Shown piece after piece: positions 1 to 7,610 of a stretch of 40,564 nucleotides of DNA (its first letter is position 1; the number at the start of each line of letters is the position of its first letter). The translations under genes and the position numbers were made by a program. Source of the stretch: a virus; IMG/VR virus record IMGVR_UViG_3300033128_000024, positions 1 through 40,564 of that record. One strand, given 5' to 3'. The notes beneath the pieces were generated by a model, which worked only from the letters and a program-made list of their open reading frames with translations, was not told the DNA's origin and searched no databases.

Positions 1-29
1 ATTTTGCCTTCTTAAAGGAGGTGATTAAC
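1..29. repeat. Terminal direct repeat, copy 1 (identical to 40536-40564)
   Basis: attttgccttcttaaaggaggtgattaac occurs at both ends of the window. It contains the holin RBS AAAGGAGGTG. Confidence 0.95.
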
Positions 30-32
30 GAA

Positions 33-452
33 ATGGAGGAAACGATAGTGTTTATTAACTTTGAAACTTTGGATCTTGCACGAACATATCTATTTGGCGG
101 AGTGAAATTTCTGGATTTACTCTTGCTGCTAAGTGTTATTGATGTTCTGACGGGTATCATTAAAGCATGGAAGGTCGGTAAGCTGCGAAGCCGAACAGCA
201 TGGTTCGGTTACGTGCGTAAAATGCTTAGTTTTGTTGTTGTGATTGTGGCTAACATTATTGATCAGATCATGGGCTTAAATGGAGTGCTGACCTTCGGGA
301 CAGTATTGTTTTACATCGCCAACGAAGGGCTTTCTATCACAGAAAACCTTGCACAGATCGGTGTTAAAATTCCAGCTTCCATCACAGATCGACTTCACGT
401 CATCGAGTCTGACAGCCAAAAAGAAGAAGAGGAAAAGAAAGCTGCTGAGTAG
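33..452 (+). CDS. Holin (phage_holin_4_1 / toxin-secretion-phage-lysis holin family)
   Basis: RBS AAAGGAGGTG lies 11 nt upstream of ATG 33 (the track start at 21 is an in-frame GTG inside the RBS). Motifs VIDVLTGIIKAWK and FYIANEGLSITENLAQIGVKIP are typical of this holin family. There are three hydrophobic helices and an acidic/basic tail. The gene lies directly upstream of the endolysin. Confidence 0.85.
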   Translation: MEETIVFINFETLDLARTYLFGGVKFLDLLLLLSVIDVLTGIIKAWKVGKLRSRTAWFGYVRKMLSFVVVIVANIIDQIMGLNGVLTFGTVLFYIANEGLSITENLAQIGVKIPASITDRLHVIESDSQKEEEEKKAAE

Positions 453-497
453 TCGGCGGCTTTTTTCTATATAAAAAAATGAATGGAGAGATTGAAT

Positions 498-1313
498 ATG
501 ACAAAGAAAATTATGCTTGATCCCGGACACGGCGGGCACGATCCCGGAGCAGTAGCAAACGGGATGAAAGAAAAAGATCTTGTACTAACTATCGCAAAGA
601 AAACTAAAGCGATTCTTGAAAAGGTGTACGGGGCAACGGTCAAACTCACGCGTTCAACTGACGTTTATATTGATCTTTCTCAAAGAGCTAGACTAGCAAA
701 TAATTGGGGCGCTGATTATTTTGCATCCATCCATATCAATGCAGCTGGTGGAACAGGCTTTGAGACGTTTCGTTACGACAAATTATCTGCAATATCAAGC
801 ACAGGAAAGCAGCAAACAATTGTACACAATGCAATCTATAACAAAATCAAAGAAAAAATAGGAGACCGAGACCGTGGGACCAAGTCTAAAAACCTGGCTG
901 TTTTAAGAGAAACAAAAATGCCAGCGATTCTGACAGAGAACCTTTTCATAGACCGCAAAGAAGATGCTGTGCTGCTCAAACAAGAATCTTTCCTTGATTT
1001 GTTGGCCGATGGACACGCAGAAGGAATCGCGGCAGCCGTCGGTTTAAAAAAGGTGTCATCGTCATCTAAAACAAGCCCTAAAAAAGAAACGTCACCAAAG
1101 GGCGTTAAAATGGTCGTAGTGAAGCCGAATGCTGACGGGTGGTTATGGGTCTATGATAAGCCGGACTGGAAAGCAAAGTACAAAAAGGTGAAACCTGGCG
1201 AAGCATTTACGATTGATAAGACTGTGACGGTTAATGGATCGAAAATGCATAAGCTTAAATCAGGATTGTATATCACAGCTGCCACGAAATATGTTCAGGT
1301 AAAACAAAAGTAA
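498..1313 (+). CDS. Endolysin: N-acetylmuramoyl-L-alanine amidase (Amidase_3) with C-terminal SH3-like wall-binding domain
   Basis: IMLDPGHGGHDPGA, ADYFASIHINA and PAILTENLFIDR are Amidase_3 (CwlA/CwlC-type) motifs. A Ser/Lys linker precedes the C-terminal region WLWVYDKPDW...GEAFTI. ATG 498 is preferred over 483 (GGAGAG RBS). Confidence 0.9.
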   Translation: MTKKIMLDPGHGGHDPGAVANGMKEKDLVLTIAKKTKAILEKVYGATVKLTRSTDVYIDLSQRARLANNWGADYFASIHINAAGGTGFETFRYDKLSAISSTGKQQTIVHNAIYNKIKEKIGDRDRGTKSKNLAVLRETKMPAILTENLFIDRKEDAVLLKQESFLDLLADGHAEGIAAAVGLKKVSSSSKTSPKKETSPKGVKMVVVKPNADGWLWVYDKPDWKAKYKKVKPGEAFTIDKTVTVNGSKMHKLKSGLYITAATKYVQVKQK

Positions 1314-1318
1314 AATGA

Positions 1319-1350
1319 AAAGCCCTTCCGTATTGGAGGGGCTTTTTTTG
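1319..1350 (+). terminator. Intrinsic terminator after the lysis cassette
   Basis: The arms agcccttcc and ggaggggct form a stem that is followed by a T7 run. Confidence 0.8.
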
Positions 1351-1470
1351 TTTGTCATAATTTCCATACTTTATTACTAATCCACCTTCACTATTCGGTT
1401 ATTTGTAACTATGGAAATTACTGTATATTTTAAGTTATGCTTGATGGGATTAAAAAGGGGAGGGTTTGAT

Positions 1471-1944
1471 TTGAATAAAAAATGGATAACAAGAATTTCC
1501 TTATCCATTGTAGCTGCGTTGGGTATCTCCTGTACGCTTGGAGAGTTTGCAGATGCAAAAGAGAACAACAACACAACTAATCAGATAATACATAATACGA
1601 CATCAGGTTCATTTACTATGAAAGATCCTGAATTATACCAAGACGCTTTAGAGCTTGGACTCAATGACAGTGATATCTTTACACTAGATAGCCTTTTGAA
1701 CAGGGAAGATAAAGCCACAGTACATAATCCATTTCTCGTAGCTGTGGGGATAATTACGGGCATGGCTGCCGTTGTTGGTACCGGTTATGGTGCTGGTAAG
1801 TATATAGCAAAGCAGCTGTATAAACGTAAACAGCTTTCAAAGGCATATTATAAAAAACATAGATGGAAATTCAGAGCTGCATTAGTACCAGTCATCGGTA
1901 TTCCTGGAACGTTTGGCTTTGATGACTACTACATGGACATATGA
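1471..1944 (+). CDS. Hypothetical exported/membrane protein (N-terminal signal peptide, C-terminal Gly-zipper TM helix)
   Basis: Strong RBS GGGGAGGG lies 7 nt before TTG 1471. The signal-like N-terminus is NKKWITRISLSIVAALGISCTLGEFADA. The C-terminal hydrophobic segment is FLVAVGIITGMAAVVGTGYGAG. No family was recognised. Confidence 0.55.
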   Translation: MNKKWITRISLSIVAALGISCTLGEFADAKENNNTTNQIIHNTTSGSFTMKDPELYQDALELGLNDSDIFTLDSLLNREDKATVHNPFLVAVGIITGMAAVVGTGYGAGKYIAKQLYKRKQLSKAYYKKHRWKFRAALVPVIGIPGTFGFDDYYMDI

Positions 1945-2081
1945 TTATGTTTGAATATATTTTGATTTTACTTATAGTTGCAACTTTGTTACTGACAGTC
2001 GTAGAGGTTTCTAAGATCAAACGAGAAAACAAATCCCTTAGAAACGAGATAGAAGAAATAAAGAAAAACATTAAGAAATGA
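1941..2081 (+). CDS. Small single-pass membrane protein (46 aa), translationally coupled (ATGA overlap); not in the ORF track
   Basis: ATG 1941 overlaps the upstream stop TGA 1942-1944. The translation is MIMFEYILILLIVATLLLTVVEVSKIKRENKSLRNEIEEIKKNIKK. A hairpin follows at about 2090-2117. Confidence 0.45.
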   Translation: MIMFEYILILLIVATLLLTVVEVSKIKRENKSLRNEIEEIKKNIKK

Positions 2082-2117
2082 AACTTGATGGCTGTCCATT
2101 TGGGCAGCTTTTTTACT

Positions 2118-2309
2118 TTACTTAAACCGCCATTCCTTCTTCTCTTTATCCCATTCAAGTTCATTTCTTGATATAAGGTTCTTAACCGCCTTACGGATTG
2201 CTGGCTCATCCTTCCCCGTTTTCCTTTTAAGGTCATCAATCGAAGGGTTCTTGCGAAATCGGCTCATATTATAAATGATTCGGTATAACTTCCTTTCAAG
2301 ATCCGTCAC
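2118..2309 (-). CDS. Small putative winged-helix DNA-binding protein (63 aa)
   Basis: GTG start follows RBS AGGAGGG (minus strand), with TATAAT upstream. The basic, helical sequence LYRIIYNMSRFRKNPSIDDLKRKTGKDEPAIRKAVKNLISRNELE resembles a wHTH. The function is not established. Confidence 0.45.
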   Translation of the reverse strand: MTDLERKLYRIIYNMSRFRKNPSIDDLKRKTGKDEPAIRKAVKNLISRNELEWDKEKKEWRFK

Positions 2310-2382
2310 GGCATACCCTCCTGCAAAAATAGAATATACGTTCGATTATAAAGGTAAATAAATAGCCCTTCAAGTCGAAGGA

Positions 2383-3312
2383 CTATTTCAAAATAGTTGA
2401 TTTACTTTTAATTATCATGTTATCCCCTGATCGTTCGTAGGAGAATTTGGCTGCGCTCTTATCACTTATGTATGGCACTTTCCAAAATACAGATAACTGT
2501 GAAATCGATTCATTATCCGAACCTATACTAGCTGCTAAATCATCACTAAACATTTCCACCATGTTATAAGAAGTTTGAGCAGAATTTTTAAAATCAAACG
2601 ACAGGTAAACAAGAGCGATTAGTTTGTTATCTTGGTCAGTACTCATATCTTGATTAATTTCGATCTTTTCAATTGAGGCAGCCTTATAATTTTCCTCTAC
2701 AATAGATTCAATTCCATATTCCGCCTCACTTTTCAAAGTAGATAGTTCTTCATCCTTCTTTTTAGTAACTTCTGCAGCATTGTCTTTCTTACTTTTTTGT
2801 TTAACTTTTGAGGAATTCTTAATTTTAAAATTAATTTCAGCAGTAGCTACTCGACCATTCTCACCGCTAACATTAGAACCCGCAAGATTAGCCCCATCTT
2901 CTCCAAAAATCTCTTTAACATGGTCAGTTTGCAGATTTTCGGGTAACGTTTCTACATAAGCAATATACTTCCCCCCGTCATAATCCTCGCCTTCTTCATT
3001 AGAAAATTCATAATCAAACATTCCACCTTCTTTAACTATTCCCTTAGCTAGCTCGCTTTGATCAGAATTTGGTGCATCTAAGTAAATGTTTATTTTTGTC
3101 TCTTTAGGTAAGTTGCTTTTTCCGATAATGAGAATCTTTTTATTGTCTTTAATTTTTTTATTCAAGGTGATCTTTACGTTTAATTTTTCTTTAGTTTCAA
3201 TGCTTTCTTCTTTTTTATTAGAGTTACTTGTGGATGTGTTATCTGCTTTGCCACAAGCAGATATGAATAAGGCGGACAAAATTAAAAAGAGAAAGAAATT
3301 AATGCGATTCAA
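2383..3312 (-). CDS. Prophage lipoprotein (hypothetical)
   Basis: An internal GGAGGG RBS lies 6 nt before TTG at 3312. The signal and lipobox read NRINFFLFLILSALFISAC-GK. The mature part is Lys/Glu/Ser-rich. A hairpin terminator lies on the minus strand at about 2355-2378. Confidence 0.7.
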   Translation of the reverse strand: MNRINFFLFLILSALFISACGKADNTSTSNSNKKEESIETKEKLNVKITLNKKIKDNKKILIIGKSNLPKETKINIYLDAPNSDQSELAKGIVKEGGMFDYEFSNEEGEDYDGGKYIAYVETLPENLQTDHVKEIFGEDGANLAGSNVSGENGRVATAEINFKIKNSSKVKQKSKKDNAAEVTKKKDEELSTLKSEAEYGIESIVEENYKAASIEKIEINQDMSTDQDNKLIALVYLSFDFKNSAQTSYNMVEMFSDDLAASIGSDNESISQLSVFWKVPYISDKSAAKFSYERSGDNMIIKSKSTILK

Positions 3313-3470
3313 TGCAAACCCTCCAGACCAAATATTTTCCAATTAAGTCTAACACAAATTTTTATTGGAAAGAGGGGAAATAATGTATTTTCTCATATTA
3401 AGAATATAACGAAATCGACAATCAAGATGTTATAATTTAGTAAGAACAATTAACAATTGGGGTGTGTTAT

Positions 3471-4994
3471 ATGTATTTCAAAAAATCATCAGTTGAAGAA
3501 ATCATCAAATATGACGACTACCCTTATAAAATTTATACAAGGGTTTCAACGGACAGAGATGAACAAATAAGTTCTAAAGAAAACCAGATCGACGTTTGCA
3601 GGTACTGGATCGAGCAACATAATTATGAATGGGATGACCGTTCTGTTTTGTTAGATGATGGTATCAGCGGAACCGTCCTTGAAGATAGGGCAGCCATGAA
3701 ATACATTTTTTCATTGGCGGAAAAGAAAGAAATAAAGATGGTGATTTTTAAATCTATCACACGTCTTGCTCGGGATCTGAAAGACGCTTTATATATCAGA
3801 GAAATTTTGGTTTCTAATGGGGTTCGAGTAGTGACTCTTGAAGAGGACTATGACTCCCTTTACGAGAGTAAAGCGTCAATGAAATTTGAAATGTCTGCTC
3901 TGTTTGCGGAGCAGTTACCTAAGTCTATGTCAGTCAATATAAGTGGTGTACTTGCAGCAAAAGCAAGGCGGGGTGAACATTCTGGTCGAGTGCCCTACGG
4001 TTATATGAAAGAGGGTAAACACCTTGTAATTAACGAAAATGAAGCTCAAGTTATTAGATTAATTTTTCACCTTTATAATAACGAGGGCTTGGGCCATAAA
4101 AGGGTTACATACGCTTTGCAAGAAAAATGTAAGCTAGGTGAAATACCACCTCCAAAAAAACGTAGTAATTGGCAGCTCACAACAGTTCAAACCATTTTAA
4201 GAAACCCTATATATTGCGGTGTGCATATAGCTAATAGGCATACTACAATAAAAGTTGATGGTCGAAAAAAATTCATTCGGAATCCACCCGAAAAATGGAC
4301 CGTTTACGAAGACTTTTGCCCGCCGATTGTCTCAAGAGAGGATTGGGAAAAAGCAAATAATAAACTGACTGTCAATAAAAAAACTAAATTCACACCGTGG
4401 AATGAGTTGAGACAATTACTTATTTGTGGTAAATGTGGTTCTAATATGGTGATTATCCAAACAAGCAGAGCCAAACAAAATGGTGAAAAAACGTATTGGA
4501 AGTACGTTAAATGCAGTAATTACAGAAGAGCTGGTCAAGAAGGTTGTGTTAACCATGTTCCAATTACTTATGAAGAGGTCAGGGACTTAGTCATTGAAAA
4601 TCTAATCGAATTCTCCAAGGATATATCACATGATTACAGAAAAAATGCAATTGAACAAAAAGAAAAACAAATGAAGTCTGTTAAAGTAGAGTTGAAATCT
4701 TTAGAAACACAGAATAAAAGATTGCTGGAACTTTACTTAGAAGATCAGATTATTTCAAAAGCCGAGTTCCAAACAAAGCGCAATGAAATTCAATCTAATA
4801 TAATTAAACTTGAACAGAGTTTATTTTCCTTACAGCAGGTGCATGATGAGAAAAGTTCAATGATGGAAATGCAAGCGGTTCTTCGAGAGCTTGAAGACAA
4901 AGAAAAAGATTTAAAGCATGTGTTTGATAAGCTCATTGATCATATTGTGATCCACCCAAACGGGAAAATGAATTTTCATTATAGATTTAAATGA
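3471..4994 (+). CDS. int: Large serine recombinase (phage integrase)
   Basis: The N-terminal resolvase catalytic motif is YTRVSTDRDEQ. The recombinase domain follows. The zinc-ribbon is CGKCGSNM...CSNYRRAGQEGCVNH. The C-terminus is a coiled coil. This architecture is typical of phiC31/A118/SprA-type integrases. Confidence 0.9.
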   Translation: MYFKKSSVEEIIKYDDYPYKIYTRVSTDRDEQISSKENQIDVCRYWIEQHNYEWDDRSVLLDDGISGTVLEDRAAMKYIFSLAEKKEIKMVIFKSITRLARDLKDALYIREILVSNGVRVVTLEEDYDSLYESKASMKFEMSALFAEQLPKSMSVNISGVLAAKARRGEHSGRVPYGYMKEGKHLVINENEAQVIRLIFHLYNNEGLGHKRVTYALQEKCKLGEIPPPKKRSNWQLTTVQTILRNPIYCGVHIANRHTTIKVDGRKKFIRNPPEKWTVYEDFCPPIVSREDWEKANNKLTVNKKTKFTPWNELRQLLICGKCGSNMVIIQTSRAKQNGEKTYWKYVKCSNYRRAGQEGCVNHVPITYEEVRDLVIENLIEFSKDISHDYRKNAIEQKEKQMKSVKVELKSLETQNKRLLELYLEDQIISKAEFQTKRNEIQSNIIKLEQSLFSLQQVHDEKSSMMEMQAVLRELEDKEKDLKHVFDKLIDHIVIHPNGKMNFHYRFK

Positions 4995-5011
4995 TGCTGT
5001 AAGTTATACTC

Positions 5012-5059
5012 ATTTGTAAAAGGTATGCATAACAAATGCTAAGCATACCTTTTACAAAT
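5012..5059. repeat. Perfect 17-bp inverted repeat with a 14-nt spacer, directly 3' of int (candidate attP or protein-binding site; atypical terminator)
   Basis: atttgtaaaaggtatgc (5012-5028) is the exact reverse complement of gcataccttttacaaat (5043-5059). There is no U-tract on either strand. Confidence 0.6.
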
Positions 5060-5244
5060 TAATTCCTCGAATAAACAAAATAACTCCGAAAGTCATATGT
5101 TAATAAGTTGAACAAAAGGATTATAATTGAATTACAAGAAGTAATTACTTGTGTATTAGAGCAAAAATTCATACTTCTGCGACAATTTCCGACAACATTT
5201 TTTTGTACTTCATGATAAATTTAACAATGGTAAGGTGATCATAT

Positions 5245-6348
5245 ATGACAAGTACAATCGCGAAAGACTTACGGACACATTTAAGAAACTCAATTGAAAT
5301 GTCTAAAGAAAGTCAAAAACAAGTTGCAGCAAAGCTGGGTATAAGCAGTAGTTATTTAAGTAAATTTTTAAATGGCAAGGATGTCTCGTTCTGGATTGTT
5401 CATAAGATCATTAATCACATCGACAAAGAGAACGAAATCGAACTTATTTTGAATTATTTTAAAGAAGGCATTAGTTCTAAAAATATTCCTGCTGCTTTAG
5501 AATATTGTTATTCCAAGCAATTGTACGATTATACAAGTGTTCTTGCACAGGAGTACAAAAATAAAAGAAATTCAAAAACTCAGGAATTATGTTCTTTATA
5601 TTCGTTAATGTTAGAGTCAAGATTTATATTCGAAAGTAATACTTTTTTAGATAACCTGAGAAATTTTAAAAACACCTTTTTGGAAACTGAAATTATGGTG
5701 AAGGTCTTACAAGTCTATTACTATTATTTGAACGGCCATTATGATTTAACTATTTATACGATTGATCAAATAAATGACTTGTTGTTTCAGGTTAATGATC
5801 CGTTTCTAAAAATGGCATACGGTGCTAGGGTAGATGAAATTCAAGTCAATATTTACTTGAAGCAAAAAACAGAATTAATACAATCACGAAAAATCGCTAA
5901 CAGAATTTTGGATAGGAATTTCAGCACAGCTCACAACATTACTGCTTATCATATTTTAGGTCTTTCCTATTTTCCAGAATCCTATGAACAGTCAATTTCT
6001 TATTATCTTAAATGTATTGAACTTTATTCGAAATTTCCTGATAGACAGGCCGAAATTCTGGAAAATAAAGAAGAAATATCGTTCCTTCAAAAGTACTGGA
6101 ATAAAAGTATTCATGACGAATTCGCAGTAAGTGAATTCTCCTTGTTATTAAAACAAGATGGGGATTTAAGCAAATATTATAAAGATGAGAGATATCATAA
6201 ATATGCGCTTCTTTTTGATGGAATAAAAGAATCTTCATCAGAAAAATTGTTATTATCACATCATTATTTTTCAAAAAGCAAAGATTATTTCAGGGCAAGT
6301 TTCCCAAAAAATGAATTGAATAGAATTGGATTTAGGTATACACTCTAA
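5245..6348 (+). CDS. aimR: RRNPP-family peptide receptor, AimR-like (N-terminal XRE-type HTH plus TPR-like helical repeats)
   Basis: HTH: SQKQVAAKLGISSSYLSKFLNGK. TPR-like segments include AYHILGLSYFPESYEQSISYYLKCIELY. The gene is 367 aa and lies directly upstream of a short secreted-peptide gene, between the integrase and the CI-like repressor. This is arbitrium-type synteny. Confidence 0.65.
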   Translation: MTSTIAKDLRTHLRNSIEMSKESQKQVAAKLGISSSYLSKFLNGKDVSFWIVHKIINHIDKENEIELILNYFKEGISSKNIPAALEYCYSKQLYDYTSVLAQEYKNKRNSKTQELCSLYSLMLESRFIFESNTFLDNLRNFKNTFLETEIMVKVLQVYYYYLNGHYDLTIYTIDQINDLLFQVNDPFLKMAYGARVDEIQVNIYLKQKTELIQSRKIANRILDRNFSTAHNITAYHILGLSYFPESYEQSISYYLKCIELYSKFPDRQAEILENKEEISFLQKYWNKSIHDEFAVSEFSLLLKQDGDLSKYYKDERYHKYALLFDGIKESSSEKLLLSHHYFSKSKDYFRASFPKNELNRIGFRYTL

Positions 6349-6367
6349 GAGTTAGGGGGTGCTATAC

Positions 6368-6502
6368 ATGACTAAACGTTTCAATGTAATTGTTTTAACA
6401 GTTACACTAGGAGCAACAATAGTTGTTTCGGAAATTCACTCACTTATCACTAACAACCCAGAAACAATATATGAAACAAAAGATGTAAGACCGGGAATGT
6501 AA
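6368..6502 (+). CDS. aimP: AimP-like signalling pre-pro-peptide (44 aa); not in the ORF track
   Basis: The RBS TAGGGGG lies 7 nt before ATG 6368. The translation is MTKRFNVIVLTVTLGATIVVSEIHSLITNNPETIYETKDVRPGM. It has a basic N-terminus, a hydrophobic signal-like core and a polar C-terminal tail ending in DVRPGM. Confidence 0.6.
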   Translation: MTKRFNVIVLTVTLGATIVVSEIHSLITNNPETIYETKDVRPGM

Positions 6503-6516
6503 ATATAAGATGTTAA

Positions 6517-6556
6517 AAAGACGCTACCATAATCAGGTATCGTCTTTCGTGTTTTC
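6517..6556. terminator. Bidirectional intrinsic terminator between aimP-like and the convergent repressor gene
   Basis: The arms are aaagacgctacc and ggtatcgtcttt (12 bp, 1 mismatch, 7-nt loop). The hairpin is flanked by an A5 run upstream (T-run on the - strand) and by cgtgttttc downstream. Confidence 0.7.
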
Positions 6557-6564
6557 TGGGGAAG

Positions 6565-6597
6565 TTTCCTGTTTTCAAAAAAAACGAAAACAGGAAA
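6565..6597. promoter_or_regulatory. Perfect 12-bp inverted repeat: second hairpin, or a dimer-binding site in the arbitrium output region
   Basis: The arms are tttcctgttttc and gaaaacaggaaa, with a 9-nt loop aaaaaaaac. ttctttt follows on the + strand. Confidence 0.5.
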
Positions 6598-6664
6598 TTC
6601 TTTTAAATATTTCTAATATGGATTAAAATATAAACAGAACAAATGTTCCTTGGAGGGAAGAGAA

Positions 6665-6781
6665 ATGGCTATAAAATATGAAGAATTAATGGAAATCTTA
6701 GAAGCAACAAAAAAAGAAGATCAAAATCAATCCTCTTCAGGTGAATCGTCTTCTAAAAATTTAGCCTTAGAAGCTCTGTAA
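6665..6781 (+). CDS. Candidate arbitrium output gene (AimX-position small ORF, 38 aa), or the 5' part of a non-coding antisense transcript
   Basis: The RBS GGAGGG lies 8 nt before ATG 6665. The translation is MAIKYEELMEILEATKKEDQNQSSSGESSSKNLALEAL. The last 55 nt overlap the 3' end of the convergent repressor gene. Coding status is uncertain. Confidence 0.3.
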   Translation: MAIKYEELMEILEATKKEDQNQSSSGESSSKNLALEAL

Positions 6782-7155
6782 TTTTTAAGGGCATCTAACA
6801 TGAAATTACGTTCATCATCTGTTATTTGTTTGCCATCTGCATCTATAATGTTTGCATTTTTGATATTCTCAAGAGTTAGTTCTTTCGCGAAAACTACTTT
6901 TTCAGCTTCTTTACCCATTTTTTCAAGGTCACTTGGATCAGTCACAAAGTAAGTGGGGTCAACATTGAAAAAATCTGCAAGTTTGGTCAAAGCCTCCAAA
7001 GAGGGACTTTTGATTTTGCCCGTTTCGAGTTTTGATAAATAGCCGTTACTTAAACCAACTTCTTGAGCGAGCTTTCTAATAGATAGTTTGGGTTTTTGCT
7101 CTTGTCTTAGTCTTTTTAAGTTTATTCCGATTAACTCATTTTTCTTGTTATCCAT
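6727..7155 (-). CDS. XRE-family HTH repressor (CI-like lysogeny maintenance repressor)
   Basis: HTH: LSIRKLAQEVGLSNGYLSKLETGK. The gene is divergent from a Cro-like gene. No S24 peptidase domain is visible. Confidence 0.85.
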   Translation of the reverse strand: MDNKKNELIGINLKRLRQEQKPKLSIRKLAQEVGLSNGYLSKLETGKIKSPSLEALTKLADFFNVDPTYFVTDPSDLEKMGKEAEKVVFAKELTLENIKNANIIDADGKQITDDERNFMLDALKNYRASKAKFLEDDSPEED

Positions 7156-7205
7156 AAAATAAAGTCACCTCGATTTAACGCCACTGATTAGTAACAACAA
7201 TATTA

Positions 7206-7234
7206 ATTATACCATGTTTAAGATTCCTATAAGA
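7206..7234 (-). promoter_or_regulatory. Putative repressor promoter (extended -10)
   Basis: The minus strand reads TGgTATAAT (reverse complement of 7206-7214). The -35 is weak, TCTTAT, at 17-nt spacing. Confidence 0.4.
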
Positions 7235-7254
7235 AACATTTATGAAATTTATGG

Positions 7255-7283
7255 TTGCACTTAAATCAGAAGGATGGTATATT
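7255..7283 (+). promoter_or_regulatory. Putative early lytic promoter (sigma-A type)
   Basis: TTGCAC (7255-7260), a 17-nt spacer, then TATATT (7278-7283). The palindrome gcttcc-ttta-ggaagc (7292-7307) lies in the leader. Confidence 0.55.
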
Positions 7284-7326
7284 TTACTTGTGCTTCCTTT
7301 AGGAAGCGTATGAGGGGGTGAAAACG

Positions 7327-7530
7327 GTGGGCCAAGAAACTGATTCTTTTGCAGAAAAGATTAAAAAACTAAGGTCAGATAGAAACGAAACTCAACGTCA
7401 ATTTGGCTTAGTTACAGGGTTTTCTAGCTCTTATATATGTAAGTTGGAAAAAGGAAAAGCAAACCCTTCGCACTCTTCTTTAGTTCAACTAAGTGAAAAA
7501 TTAAATTTGCCACCGGCTTATTTTTTTTAA
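7327..7530 (+). CDS. XRE-family HTH protein (Cro-like)
   Basis: HTH: TQRQFGLVTGFSSSYICKLEKGK. RBS GAGGGGG lies 9 nt before GTG 7327 (the track start 7318 abuts the RBS). Confidence 0.8.
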   Translation: MGQETDSFAEKIKKLRSDRNETQRQFGLVTGFSSSYICKLEKGKANPSHSSLVQLSEKLNLPPAYFF

Positions 7531-7610
7531 CCTGAGTGCTTCCTATAGTGATCAAAATTCTTAGGGTAGTCCCATTGTCCAAATTGCATATTATGTTTCG
7601 AGGTGATCTT

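Noticed and set aside
6008-6274. An 88-aa minus-strand ORF inside the AimR-like gene. Similar antisense ORFs occur at 3086-3346 (+), opposite the lipoprotein gene, and at 1377-1763 (-).
   Set aside because: They are antisense to better-supported genes, have no RBS, and show AT-rich spurious composition.
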